IMG/VR virus record: IMGVR_UViG_3300029925_000021
Location: 1 to 64,000 of that record
Source: an uncultured virus (IMG/VR IMGVR_UViG_3300029925_000021)
Taxonomy: Duplodnaviria; Heunggongvirae; Uroviricota; Caudoviricetes
Direction: 5' to 3' (one strand)
DNA: 64,000 nucleotides
Shown: positions 8,457-16,070 of the stretch, piece after piece
How positions within the stretch are numbered: the first letter of the stretch is position 1
How the letters are laid out: every line of letters starts with the position of its first letter
Notes under the pieces: model-generated
Seen by the model: the letters and a program-made list of their open reading frames with translations, nothing else
Told to the model about the DNA's origin: nothing
Database searches by the model: none
Program-made: the position numbers and the translations under genes

Positions 8457-9464
8457 ATGTTGACTAGGAATCATTTTAGGAAATTGGTTTTCGCAAGGGA
8501 TAAAGACTCATGCGTTATGTGTGGTGATGCTGGTGTTGATGCCCACCATATCATGGAGCGCAGGCTGTTTCCAAACGGTGGGTATTACGTGGAGAATGGG
8601 GCTACGGTCTGCTCAAAGTGTCATCTACTAGCAGAGTCTACGGAAATTTCTTGCGATGATCTAAGAAAGAAGATAGGTATTACTGATGTAATACTTCCTC
8701 CTCACCTATATAAAGATGAGAAGTATGACAAGTGGGGCAATCAATACTTAGCTAACGGACAGAGACTACGAGGGGAACTGTTCGATGACGAATCAGTACA
8801 GAAGATACTAGCAAACAAGCATAACTTTACAAAGTACATTAAGTATCCACGCACATATCATCTTCATAACTCTAATCCTTCAAAGGACGATAGGGTTCAA
8901 CATAACCTAGAAGAATTCATCGGTAAGAGGGTTATAGTAACCGAGAAGATGGACGGTGAGAACACCACTATGTATGGAGATCATATCCATGCTAGGTCTA
9001 TAGACTCTGACAGTCATGCCTCACGGTCCTGGGTAAAGAACTTTCATGCTAGTTATGTAGCGTATAATATTGATGAAGGCTGGCGTATATGTGGAGAAAA
9101 CATGTATGCTAAACACGCTATTCCCTACGATAACTTAGACTCTTATTTTCTAGGGTTCTCCGTGTGGAACTCTAGTAACGAATGCTTATCGTGGGACGAC
9201 ACAAAAGAATACTTTGAAATACTAGGAGTGTCTCACGTACCAGAATTGTATGACGGAGAGTGGAATAAAGATTTGATGTATGATTTTGTTCCTAGTGATA
9301 CAGACAAGCAAGAAGGATTCACTATTAGATTAGCTGAATCATTTCACTACGGAAAGTTTAGAGACAGTATTGTTAAATGGGTAAGGCCCAATCACGTACA
9401 GACCACTCACAACTGGAAACGGGAAGTGATGGTTAAGAATCGTCTACGAAAGGAAAGAAAATGA
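8457..9464 (+). CDS. HNH nuclease-RNA ligase fusion
   Basis: N-terminal CVMC...AHH...N...CSKCH; C-terminal KYPRTYH, TEKMDGEN, GE, EGF and KWVR nucleotidyltransferase motifs. Confidence 0.85.
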   Translation: MLTRNHFRKLVFARDKDSCVMCGDAGVDAHHIMERRLFPNGGYYVENGATVCSKCHLLAESTEISCDDLRKKIGITDVILPPHLYKDEKYDKWGNQYLANGQRLRGELFDDESVQKILANKHNFTKYIKYPRTYHLHNSNPSKDDRVQHNLEEFIGKRVIVTEKMDGENTTMYGDHIHARSIDSDSHASRSWVKNFHASYVAYNIDEGWRICGENMYAKHAIPYDNLDSYFLGFSVWNSSNECLSWDDTKEYFEILGVSHVPELYDGEWNKDLMYDFVPSDTDKQEGFTIRLAESFHYGKFRDSIVKWVRPNHVQTTHNWKREVMVKNRLRKERK

Positions 9465-9655
9465 ACAGATCAGATTTTGACAAGGTGATTCAGGCGATCA
9501 GGGACGAAGAGGAACTTGAAGGTGAGCCTTCGCCAGCTTTTCTAAGCAGAATAGAAAGAGTAGGTATCATAAAGGCTTTGAGGTTCACTGTTGTGGCTAC
9601 AAAGAAAGGTATTGAAGACAGGATTACACAATTATTCAGCGAGGACATAAAATGA
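9461..9655 (+). CDS. hypothetical protein
   Basis: Overlaps both flanking genes (coupled). Confidence 0.6.
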   Translation: MNRSDFDKVIQAIRDEEELEGEPSPAFLSRIERVGIIKALRFTVVATKKGIEDRITQLFSEDIK

Positions 9656-10113
9656 CACAGGACTATACATTCTTTTGGAACGGCCCCTTTAGTAACTGGC
9701 ACTTAGCCGACATAGTTATTAGAGGACACACCTTCAACTGCTGCGAACAATACTTTATGACAGCTAAGGCTGCTATGTTCGGAGCTAGTGACATAGCAAG
9801 AGCTATCATCAACGCTCCCGACCCTCGCACTCAGAAGGGTCTAGGTAGAACCATACCTAACTTTGATCCTATTGCGTGGGACGCTGCAAGCCGTGACATA
9901 ATGTTCCGTGCTAACTGGGCAAAGTATACGCAGAACACTGGCCTACGTAAGCTATTGTTGTCTACTATGTGGGACTTAGTTGAAGCTAGTCCCTACGATA
10001 AAGTTTGGGGAATTGGTCTGCCCGAAGACGATCCTAGAGCTAAGGACAAGAGCCAATGGCTGGGTCAGAACTGGTTGGGTGAGATACTTACGGAAATTCG
10101 AGACTATATTTGA
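9652..10113 (+). CDS. NADAR (YbiA-like) ADP-ribose-processing hydrolase
   Basis: FSNW, EQYFM..KA, K.LGR, LVEASPYDKVWGIG, GQNWLG. Confidence 0.92.
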   Translation: MTQDYTFFWNGPFSNWHLADIVIRGHTFNCCEQYFMTAKAAMFGASDIARAIINAPDPRTQKGLGRTIPNFDPIAWDAASRDIMFRANWAKYTQNTGLRKLLLSTMWDLVEASPYDKVWGIGLPEDDPRAKDKSQWLGQNWLGEILTEIRDYI

Positions 10114-10131
10114 GAATTTTCCCTTTTCCGC

Positions 10132-10160
10132 TTGACAAACCCCGACTTCTAGTGTATAAT
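10132..10160 (+). promoter_or_regulatory. sigma70-type promoter
   Basis: TTGACA-17 nt-TATAAT with extended TG. Confidence 0.9.
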
Positions 10161-10228
10161 TAGTTCTGTAACCTTGAAGAAGGACACTTTAATTTTTTGT
10201 CGATCTAATCGAATGAGGAGGAAGAAGA

Positions 10229-11815
10229 ATGGCTAATTCAGCACTATTCTCAACGAAGCATGTGGCTAAAGTATCAGACACCAAGAATGAAGCTGGTGGA
10301 GCAGCGTATAAGCTCGCTGATGCAGAAGCCCTCTGTCAATATGTTGTTACGTCTACATTTAACGATGCCTATTATGTTTCCGCAAAGGAACAACTAGATG
10401 AAGTAGCACGTATCTGCAACAACGTCGATCCAGTTATTATTGCGAAGGCCGCTGTCTATGGTCAAGAAACTGGCGGTATGAAGGACGTTCCTGCTTATCT
10501 TCTAGCTGTACTATCGGCTAAGGGTGAGTTAGATTTGCTTCGTAGTGTATTTCCTCGTGTTATTCGATCACCTAAGATGCTGCTGAACTTTGTGCAAATT
10601 GTACGTTCGGGAGTGACTGGCCGTAAGTCTTTCGGTACTGCCGTGAAGAACTTGATCTGTCAGTGGATCACTAGCCGCTCTGGAGACAGGCTGTTTCTAG
10701 CGTCAATCGGGTATACTAATCCGTCTCTAGCAGACGTGATTAAGATGGTGCATCCACGTCCTACTGACGAGGAGCAGAACGCTCTCTTTGGATATATCTT
10801 AGGTAAAGATTATCAGCCTGGACTTCTTCCTGCACTAACTAAGCAGTTTGAAGCATTCAAGAAAGACAATACTGCTCCTATGCCAGACATGGACTACCGT
10901 TCTCTGACTAACTGTAACCTAACTGACGACCACTGGAAGCAGATTGCTATGAATATGCCTTGGAACACTTTACGTATGAACTTACGTAATCTGAACAAGC
11001 ATGGTGTATTTCTAGACGATGATCTAGCCAGGACCGTTGCCGATAGACTGCGCGACCCAGAACAGATTCAGCAGTGGAACGTGTTTCCGTATCAGTTACT
11101 AACCACATTCCAGAATACTACTGACCTTCCTTCGTCTATCAAGCTTGCCTTGCAGGACGCTCTGGATATTGCATGTAACAACGTGCCAGTACTAGGAAAC
11201 AAGGTAGCTGTATGTGTGGATGTTTCAGGTTCTATGCGTAGTCCTGCAACTGGAAGTAGACCAGGAATGCCTGAGAGTAAGACCTCATGTGGTGATGTTG
11301 CAGCACTGATGGCTTCATCCATTGCACGTACTAATCCAGAGACAGACGTTATCGCGTTTGGTACTCATGCGGCACTGGTTCAGGACTTTAATCCTAGAGA
11401 TAGCATTGTGTCTAACTCTACAAACCTGTCAAGACTAGGCGATAAGCTAGGATACGGTACTAACATAGCTAACGCTATGAACATAGTATGCCAGAAGAAG
11501 TACGACTTTGTACTGTTCGTTGGAGACTCTCAGTCTTGGATGGATCATAATATCAACGGTAAGGCCAGAAGCTATTATAAAGATCAAGGCACTAGCCTTT
11601 CTACATTGTGGGAAAGCTTCAAGAAGAAGAACAAGAGAAGTAAGTTAGCGGAAATTGTAGTTGGACCTTACGCCACAACCCAAGCGCCTACTTCCGACCC
11701 AAGGGTTATGAACATCGGAGGCTTCTCTGATGCCGTATTCGATGTACTGAAAGAATTTGCTCACAGGAACGACAATACTAATTTCTTAAACGTTATTAGT
11801 GCTGTCAAGTTATAA
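10229..11815 (+). CDS. Ro60/Rsr-like TROVE + vWA RNA-binding protein
   Basis: NEAGG.AY N-terminus; LADVIKMVHPRP; MPW..LRMNL; vWA MIDAS DVSGSM; NIGGFSD.VF. Confidence 0.92.
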   Translation: MANSALFSTKHVAKVSDTKNEAGGAAYKLADAEALCQYVVTSTFNDAYYVSAKEQLDEVARICNNVDPVIIAKAAVYGQETGGMKDVPAYLLAVLSAKGELDLLRSVFPRVIRSPKMLLNFVQIVRSGVTGRKSFGTAVKNLICQWITSRSGDRLFLASIGYTNPSLADVIKMVHPRPTDEEQNALFGYILGKDYQPGLLPALTKQFEAFKKDNTAPMPDMDYRSLTNCNLTDDHWKQIAMNMPWNTLRMNLRNLNKHGVFLDDDLARTVADRLRDPEQIQQWNVFPYQLLTTFQNTTDLPSSIKLALQDALDIACNNVPVLGNKVAVCVDVSGSMRSPATGSRPGMPESKTSCGDVAALMASSIARTNPETDVIAFGTHAALVQDFNPRDSIVSNSTNLSRLGDKLGYGTNIANAMNIVCQKKYDFVLFVGDSQSWMDHNINGKARSYYKDQGTSLSTLWESFKKKNKRSKLAEIVVGPYATTQAPTSDPRVMNIGGFSDAVFDVLKEFAHRNDNTNFLNVISAVKL

Positions 11816-11820
11816 TCAAG

Positions 11821-11887
11821 TAGCTGGTGCGATACGTAACTATGCCTCCATATAGTGTAACACCCATCGCATCAGCTATTTTTATTT
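11821..11887 (+). ncRNA. Y-RNA-like stem-loop or terminator directly after the Ro60 gene
   Basis: 13-bp stem TAGCTGGTGCGAT/ATCGCATCAGCTA, inner ACTAT/ATAGT stem, T-rich tail. Confidence 0.45.
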
Positions 11888-11900
11888 AGGAGACTTAGGA

Positions 11901-12167
11901 ATGTTGACAAAATTTGTAGTGATATCTATACTTGTTGTAGTGATATTATCTTTACAGACTGTAGTATCGACAGTAATTCAACCAGAAGTTAGTACCAGTT
12001 TAGCACTGGAACAGTTTGCAGATCCTTCTGTGGCTGTAGATAGTGTTTCTCGCCTTATGGATAGAATAACATCTAGAGTACTCGCTGGTAGTTGGATACT
12101 GTTAGGAATTGGCTCAGCCTTGTGGTTGCGCAAGGATTTACTTAATTATTTTAAGAATAGGAAGTAG
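11901..12167 (+). CDS. two-TM membrane protein
   Basis: Two hydrophobic segments; GGAG RBS; directly upstream of the SPFH gene. Confidence 0.75.
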   Translation: MLTKFVVISILVVVILSLQTVVSTVIQPEVSTSLALEQFADPSVAVDSVSRLMDRITSRVLAGSWILLGIGSALWLRKDLLNYFKNRK

Positions 12168-12173
12168 GATACG

Positions 12174-13463
12174 ATGAAGAACTTAGGAATTTGTATTGCA
12201 CTGTGTATGTTGTCCTTCGTAGTAGTTGGTTGCCGTAAGCCTTATCACGAGAAGATGCTCGTTGATGTTGGTACTTCGGAAATCGCAGTACTAGTAGAGA
12301 CAATTAATGATAACGGTCAAGCCGTTGTAGCTCCACCTACTAAGGTTGAGAAGACTAAGGACGGTAAAGTCAAAGCTAGTGGAAAGAACCTTGATGTTAA
12401 CGGTGAAGCTGTTGACTTCTACAAGAAGCGTGTTGTAAATGCTAGAACCGTAGAGATTCCTTACTACTGGAAGCAAACGCATCGTATTAAGACGTTTTCA
12501 TGGGAACATGCTGGTAATGGTGAGTGGAGACCAGCCGCTAGACTCATTGTAGTAGACACAGCACCAGTCACAAGAGAGTGGGCTTCTGATCTTAATAAAG
12601 GCTCTAGCGCTAAGGACGAGGCTATTTGGGCAGAAAGTAAAGACAGCGTAGGCTTCTCTACTGGTATCTCAATCACTGCGAGAATTGCTAATACGACAGA
12701 CGCTATTAGATTCTTAGCTAACTATCCTCCTCAACAAAATAGAGAATCAGTCACCGAAGGTGGCGCTCCCTTTAAGGTAGAGGTTGCTTCGCTTGAAGAT
12801 GTGATGGATCAGGAGGTACGAACTAAGGTGCAGGAAATTTTCGCCTATGAAGCTGCTGCACACGATATGGATCTTCTAAGAGAAGAGAAGAGACAGATCA
12901 TGGACACGGTACGTGACGGTAAGACGTGGACTGATGTAGACAGTGAAGAAGAACGTACACTTGAAGGAGTAGTAGACTTCTTCAAGAGACGTGGTATCAC
13001 TATTACAACCATTGGTCAGTTCGGTGGATTCACCTACGAGAACAAGCAAATTCAGCTTGCTATCGACAAGGTGTTTGAGGCTCAACAGGATGAAGAAGTA
13101 GCTAAAGCAGAATCTAAGGCTGCTGAGCAACGTAAGGTCGCTCTGAAACTCAAAGGAGAAGGTCTTGCTGAGCAAGCTATTGAAGCTGCCAGAGGTAAAG
13201 CGGAAGGCGTTAAGCTGGAAGCGGAAGCAGAAGCAGAGGCTATTGAATTAGTTGCCGATGCTAAAGCCTACGAGCTAACTAAGCTGTCGGAGAATCCAGA
13301 AGCGTATCTAACGCTGAAAAGTCTGGAGATCGAAATGAAACGTCTGGAAGCCTGGGACGGTAAGTATCCGAGCTATCTGATTCAAGGTGGAGGTGGAGGT
13401 GGATTAGGAGTACCTAACTTACTGCTAACCACTCCTCAACCAGCGGCGTTGAAGACTAAGTAA
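12174..13463 (+). CDS. SPFH/band-7 family lipoprotein
   Basis: Lipobox VVG-C; GITIT; AEAE coiled coil; WDGKYP C-terminal motif. Confidence 0.75.
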   Translation: MKNLGICIALCMLSFVVVGCRKPYHEKMLVDVGTSEIAVLVETINDNGQAVVAPPTKVEKTKDGKVKASGKNLDVNGEAVDFYKKRVVNARTVEIPYYWKQTHRIKTFSWEHAGNGEWRPAARLIVVDTAPVTREWASDLNKGSSAKDEAIWAESKDSVGFSTGISITARIANTTDAIRFLANYPPQQNRESVTEGGAPFKVEVASLEDVMDQEVRTKVQEIFAYEAAAHDMDLLREEKRQIMDTVRDGKTWTDVDSEEERTLEGVVDFFKRRGITITTIGQFGGFTYENKQIQLAIDKVFEAQQDEEVAKAESKAAEQRKVALKLKGEGLAEQAIEAARGKAEGVKLEAEAEAEAIELVADAKAYELTKLSENPEAYLTLKSLEIEMKRLEAWDGKYPSYLIQGGGGGGLGVPNLLLTTPQPAALKTK

Positions 13464-13466
13464 ACT

Positions 13467-13494
13467 ATCCCTGCCCCTTCGGGGGCAGGATTTT
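13467..13494 (+). terminator. intrinsic terminator
   Basis: CTGCCCC-TTCG-GGGGCAG followed by a T-rich tract. Confidence 0.8.
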
Positions 13495-13516
13495 ATCATC
13501 ATTGAAACAAAGGAAT

Positions 13517-13681
13517 ATGACAATGAAGAAGTTAAGTACACTGTTGATTTTGTGTGGACTATTCGTGGCGACCTCTGGTTGCAGCATTAAAGCTGGTTTC
13601 AAAGTGGGGACCAATCGTCCTGCGGATAATTATCAACTTCCATTAAAGTATGAGGGATACGATGCCGATGAATATAAGTAG
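13517..13681 (+). CDS. small lipoprotein (54 aa, not in the ORF track)
   Basis: MTMKKLSTLLILCGLFVATSG-CSIK...; AAGGA RBS. Confidence 0.7.
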   Translation: MTMKKLSTLLILCGLFVATSGCSIKAGFKVGTNRPADNYQLPLKYEGYDADEYK

Positions 13682-14213
13682 AAGAGTTTTTAACGCTGTC
13701 GTGGCTGCTGTACCATTCGTAGGAGTCGCGGCTGCTCAAGCTAACGATACTTCCAAAGCTGTATGTCTAAGTGCTCACTATCAGGTGGGACGAAGAGGAC
13801 GGATCATTAATGTAACGAAGCGTCTAGTTGATAACGACGAATTGTACTATGGGTTCTCCAATCAAGCCTCTTTAGCGAAAGCGTTAGATGTAGACTCTCA
13901 AGTAACCTTGTGGGGCATGGTTCACTATGAGCCGTTCGAATTCGTGACTAAAAAAGAACATCTTAGTATGCTGTCGAAAGGTAAGGACGATTTTTCTTAC
14001 GTTGCAGTACCAATGCTCTGGGAATCATCTGGCAAGAATAAAGAGAGGTCTTTTGAGGAGTGTATCAACGCTTCTATAGATAGTAGTGCAGGCTATGGTA
14101 ACTTCGATGCTATACTCTTAATCAGTAGGTCCAATCCAGGACTCTATGGTATTGTTGTGCGGCCTGTTCCGTTGACAGCGAAGCGGAAGGCAGTTGTCTC
14201 GACTCAGAAATAG
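13650..14213 (+). CDS. putative Tat-exported protein
   Basis: ISRRVFNA twin-Arg signal with AQA cleavage; real start likely 13662 or 13668. Confidence 0.65.
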   Translation: MRDTMPMNISRRVFNAVVAAVPFVGVAAAQANDTSKAVCLSAHYQVGRRGRIINVTKRLVDNDELYYGFSNQASLAKALDVDSQVTLWGMVHYEPFEFVTKKEHLSMLSKGKDDFSYVAVPMLWESSGKNKERSFEECINASIDSSAGYGNFDAILLISRSNPGLYGIVVRPVPLTAKRKAVVSTQK

Positions 14214-14247
14214 TTTGAGAAAATTGAAAGAATAACCCGAAAAGCAC

Positions 14248-14275
14248 TTGACAAATCTCAGAATTAGTGTATAAT
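14248..14275 (+). promoter_or_regulatory. sigma70-type promoter of the RNA cluster
   Basis: TTGACA-16 nt-TATAAT with extended TG. Confidence 0.85.
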
Positions 14276-14280
14276 AAGGA

Positions 14281-14383
14281 TGTCGGTGAGAGAAACTCAC
14301 ACTATCGGCTTGGCTGTAACCCAGGTGACGATAAGTGAGACACATTCAAATGCCAAGCATGACGAGTGTGGCGATCATCGACA
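14281..14383 (+). ncRNA. multibranched structured RNA of unknown class
   Basis: Closing stem TGTCGGTGA/TCATCGACA with internal arms; begins at the expected TSS. Confidence 0.5.
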
Positions 14384-14387
14384 ACAT

Positions 14388-14460
14388 GGGTGATTAACTC
14401 AGTGGTCAGAGTGCTACTCTTACAAAGTGGAAGTCGTTGGTTCGATTCCAACATTGCCTA
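14388..14460 (+). tRNA. tRNA-Val(TAC)
   Basis: GGGTGAT/ATTGCCT; CTACT-CTTACAA-AGTGG; TTCGATT T-loop. Confidence 0.92.
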
Positions 14461-14606
14461 CTACAACAGATACGCCTCAAGATACACGCTCACAGTAGTG
14501 TAGTTTGTTGAGGGGATGATAATTGGAACGACTACTGATCGCCCGATATAGTATTGTTGTTAGCAGCGATGGCTGCAAAATGGTCTCTCGACAGGGGGAC
14601 CGACAC

Positions 14607-14674
14607 GGCTCTAAAGTAGGACTTGTGGCTGTTTTGTAATCAGCTTACTCTCGGATCGTTACCGAGTGGAGCCT
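14607..14674 (+). tRNA. tRNA-Thr(TGT), reduced D-arm and variant T-loop
   Basis: GGCTCTA/TGGAGCC; GCTGT-TTTGTAA-TCAGC; CTCGG-ATCGTTA-CCGAG. Confidence 0.65.
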
Positions 14675-14683
14675 CTTGTGTAC

Positions 14684-14767
14684 GGAAGTGAAGCTAGTTG
14701 GCTAAGCAGGGTGTTTGCTAAACACTTGCTCTTAACTGAGCCGCATGTTCGAATCATGTCGCTTCCG
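14684..14767 (+). tRNA. tRNA-Ser(GCT)
   Basis: GGAAGTG/CGCTTCC; GGTGT-TTGCTAA-ACACT; long variable arm; G73. Confidence 0.9.
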
Positions 14768-14847
14768 CTTACTGCGCCCTGCGCGTTACACTACTTGCGA
14801 AAGCGGTAGGCGCGTCAGACCGAGGCGAATTAAAAATATCGGTTTAA

Positions 14848-14930
14848 GGGTGGTAATGCTCATTGGAGGGCAACAAGGTTTGAACCCTTGGTCACGGTAA
14901 AGCGTGGGCGTTCGATTCGTCTACCACCCG
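14848..14930 (+). tRNA. tRNA-Ser(TGA)
   Basis: GGGTGGT/ACCACCC; CAAGG-TTTGAAC-CCTTG; long variable arm; G73. Confidence 0.9.
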
Positions 14931-15033
14931 CTAGGGAATGCAAGTAACGATTACATGTACCATAATATCATTCGGGGCGACAGCCTCGGCAGTCGTTACA
15001 ACTACTTGTCCCATTTATTTACTTGGGTGACAC

Positions 15034-15126
15034 ATGACACAACAAGAACGAGACCAGCTATCTATCGAGATAGCACAACGACTAGAAGAAACACGTGCTG
15101 AAAACAGTCCGTGTTGCGAGTCATAA
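15034..15126 (+). CDS. 30-aa hypothetical peptide inside the tRNA cluster
   Basis: MTQQERDQLSIEIAQRLEETRAENSPCCES; GGGTGA RBS-like sequence upstream. Confidence 0.4.
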   Translation: MTQQERDQLSIEIAQRLEETRAENSPCCES

Positions 15127-15131
15127 TACAT

Positions 15132-15204
15132 AGCGGATTAGAGAAGCGGTCATCTCGTTAGCCTCATAAGCTAGAAACCGCTGGTTCGAATCCAGCATCC
15201 GCGA
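15132..15204 (+). tRNA. tRNA-Met(CAT), initiator-like
   Basis: 1:72 mismatch (A/G); TTAGC-CTCATAA-GCTAG; GCTGG-TTCGAAT-CCAGC. Confidence 0.9.
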
Positions 15205-15380
15205 CTTTCCCTTCGGGGAATACTGCCTCTTAGCGGAGGAACTGTCAGAACAAAAGCATCCATAGACTAGTATCTATCTGGGAGCTACAAAAAAGACGGG
15301 CGTACTAGCGTTAATCGTTTATCATAAAATGAAAATGGTAATCGGAGGCCATTGGGGACGGGCATCATACCTCCCTATAT

Positions 15381-15451
15381 TACCTGATGGTGTAATGGTT
15401 GCACTAGTGGCTCTGAACCACTCAGTTTAAGTTCGAATCTTAATCGGGTAA
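15381..15451 (+). tRNA. tRNA-Gln(CTG)
   Basis: TACCTGA/TCGGGTA; AGTGG-CTCTGAA-CCACT; TTCGAAT T-loop. Confidence 0.9.
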
Positions 15452-15453
15452 CT

Positions 15454-15590
15454 TAACAACGGGATAACGGAAGTCCTCGGTAGACTATCTTACCGATAGT
15501 TATTGCGCGGGGTGAGTGAAGCTGGTCTTGATACTATATGCATTAGGAACTCAAGGGTAAACACAGAAGGCGAGTGCCAGCACGTTGTTA
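15454..15590 (+). ncRNA. structured RNA of unknown class between two tRNAs
   Basis: Closing stem TAACAACG/CGTTGTTA; arms TCGGTAG/TTACCGA, GCTGG/CCAGC, TCTTGA/TCAAGG. Confidence 0.5.
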
Positions 15591-15593
15591 TAT

Positions 15594-15667
15594 GGTCTAC
15601 GGTCCCTCTGGTTGGGGGTACTAAGCTTATATCTTAGTTGTGCAGAGTTCAATTCTCTGGTAGACTA
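15594..15667 (+). tRNA. tRNA-Ile(TAT)
   Basis: GGTCTAC/GTAGACT; CTAAG-CTTATAT-CTTAG; CAGAG-TTCAATT-CTCTG. Confidence 0.85.
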
Positions 15668-15772
15668 CTTCCCTGCGAGGTTTGTATAATGTAACAGTAG
15701 TTATACTGCTATACCTGACTCTTGTTAGCTGTACAGTGATGGTTACATCCAAATGACAAGCGCAGTGGTTAT

Positions 15773-15846
15773 AGGTGACGCTGAAAGAACTGGGTTCAAC
15801 TAAATCTCCAAAATTTAGATAAGGGGTTCGATTCCTCCGTTGCCTG
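15773..15846 (+). tRNA. tRNA-Trp(CCA)
   Basis: AGGTGAC/GTTGCCT; TAAAT-CTCCAAA-ATTTA; TTCGATT T-loop; G73. Confidence 0.8.
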
Positions 15847-16070
15847 CTCGTTACAGTGTGTGGTTCTTTTGAAACATGCGTGTGCCACATTAAGCACTGT
15901 AACATCGGCTACGTATCTACGGGAGCTTGCTTCCGAGACTATAGATACCGAAAGCTGTTTAGTCGCAGCATGGAAAGTAGCTTCAACGGTTGTGTGCGTT
16001 GGCTTTGCTAAGGCAATTTTGAGGGTGGTCGGTGGGAACTTTTTATACTGTAGCGTGGTCTGCTACTTAA

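Noticed and set aside
14512..14532. tmRNA 5' end (GGGGATGATAATTGGAACGAC resembles GGGGCTGATTCTGGATTCGAC)
   Set aside because: No matching T-arm/acceptor 3' half or tag ORF found nearby; ARAGORN would settle it
15454..15590. Miniature RNase P RNA (GGAAGTCC, GGTAAAC and ACAGAA words)
   Set aside because: The P4 pairing cannot be built convincingly and the element is far too short; kept only as an unknown ncRNA
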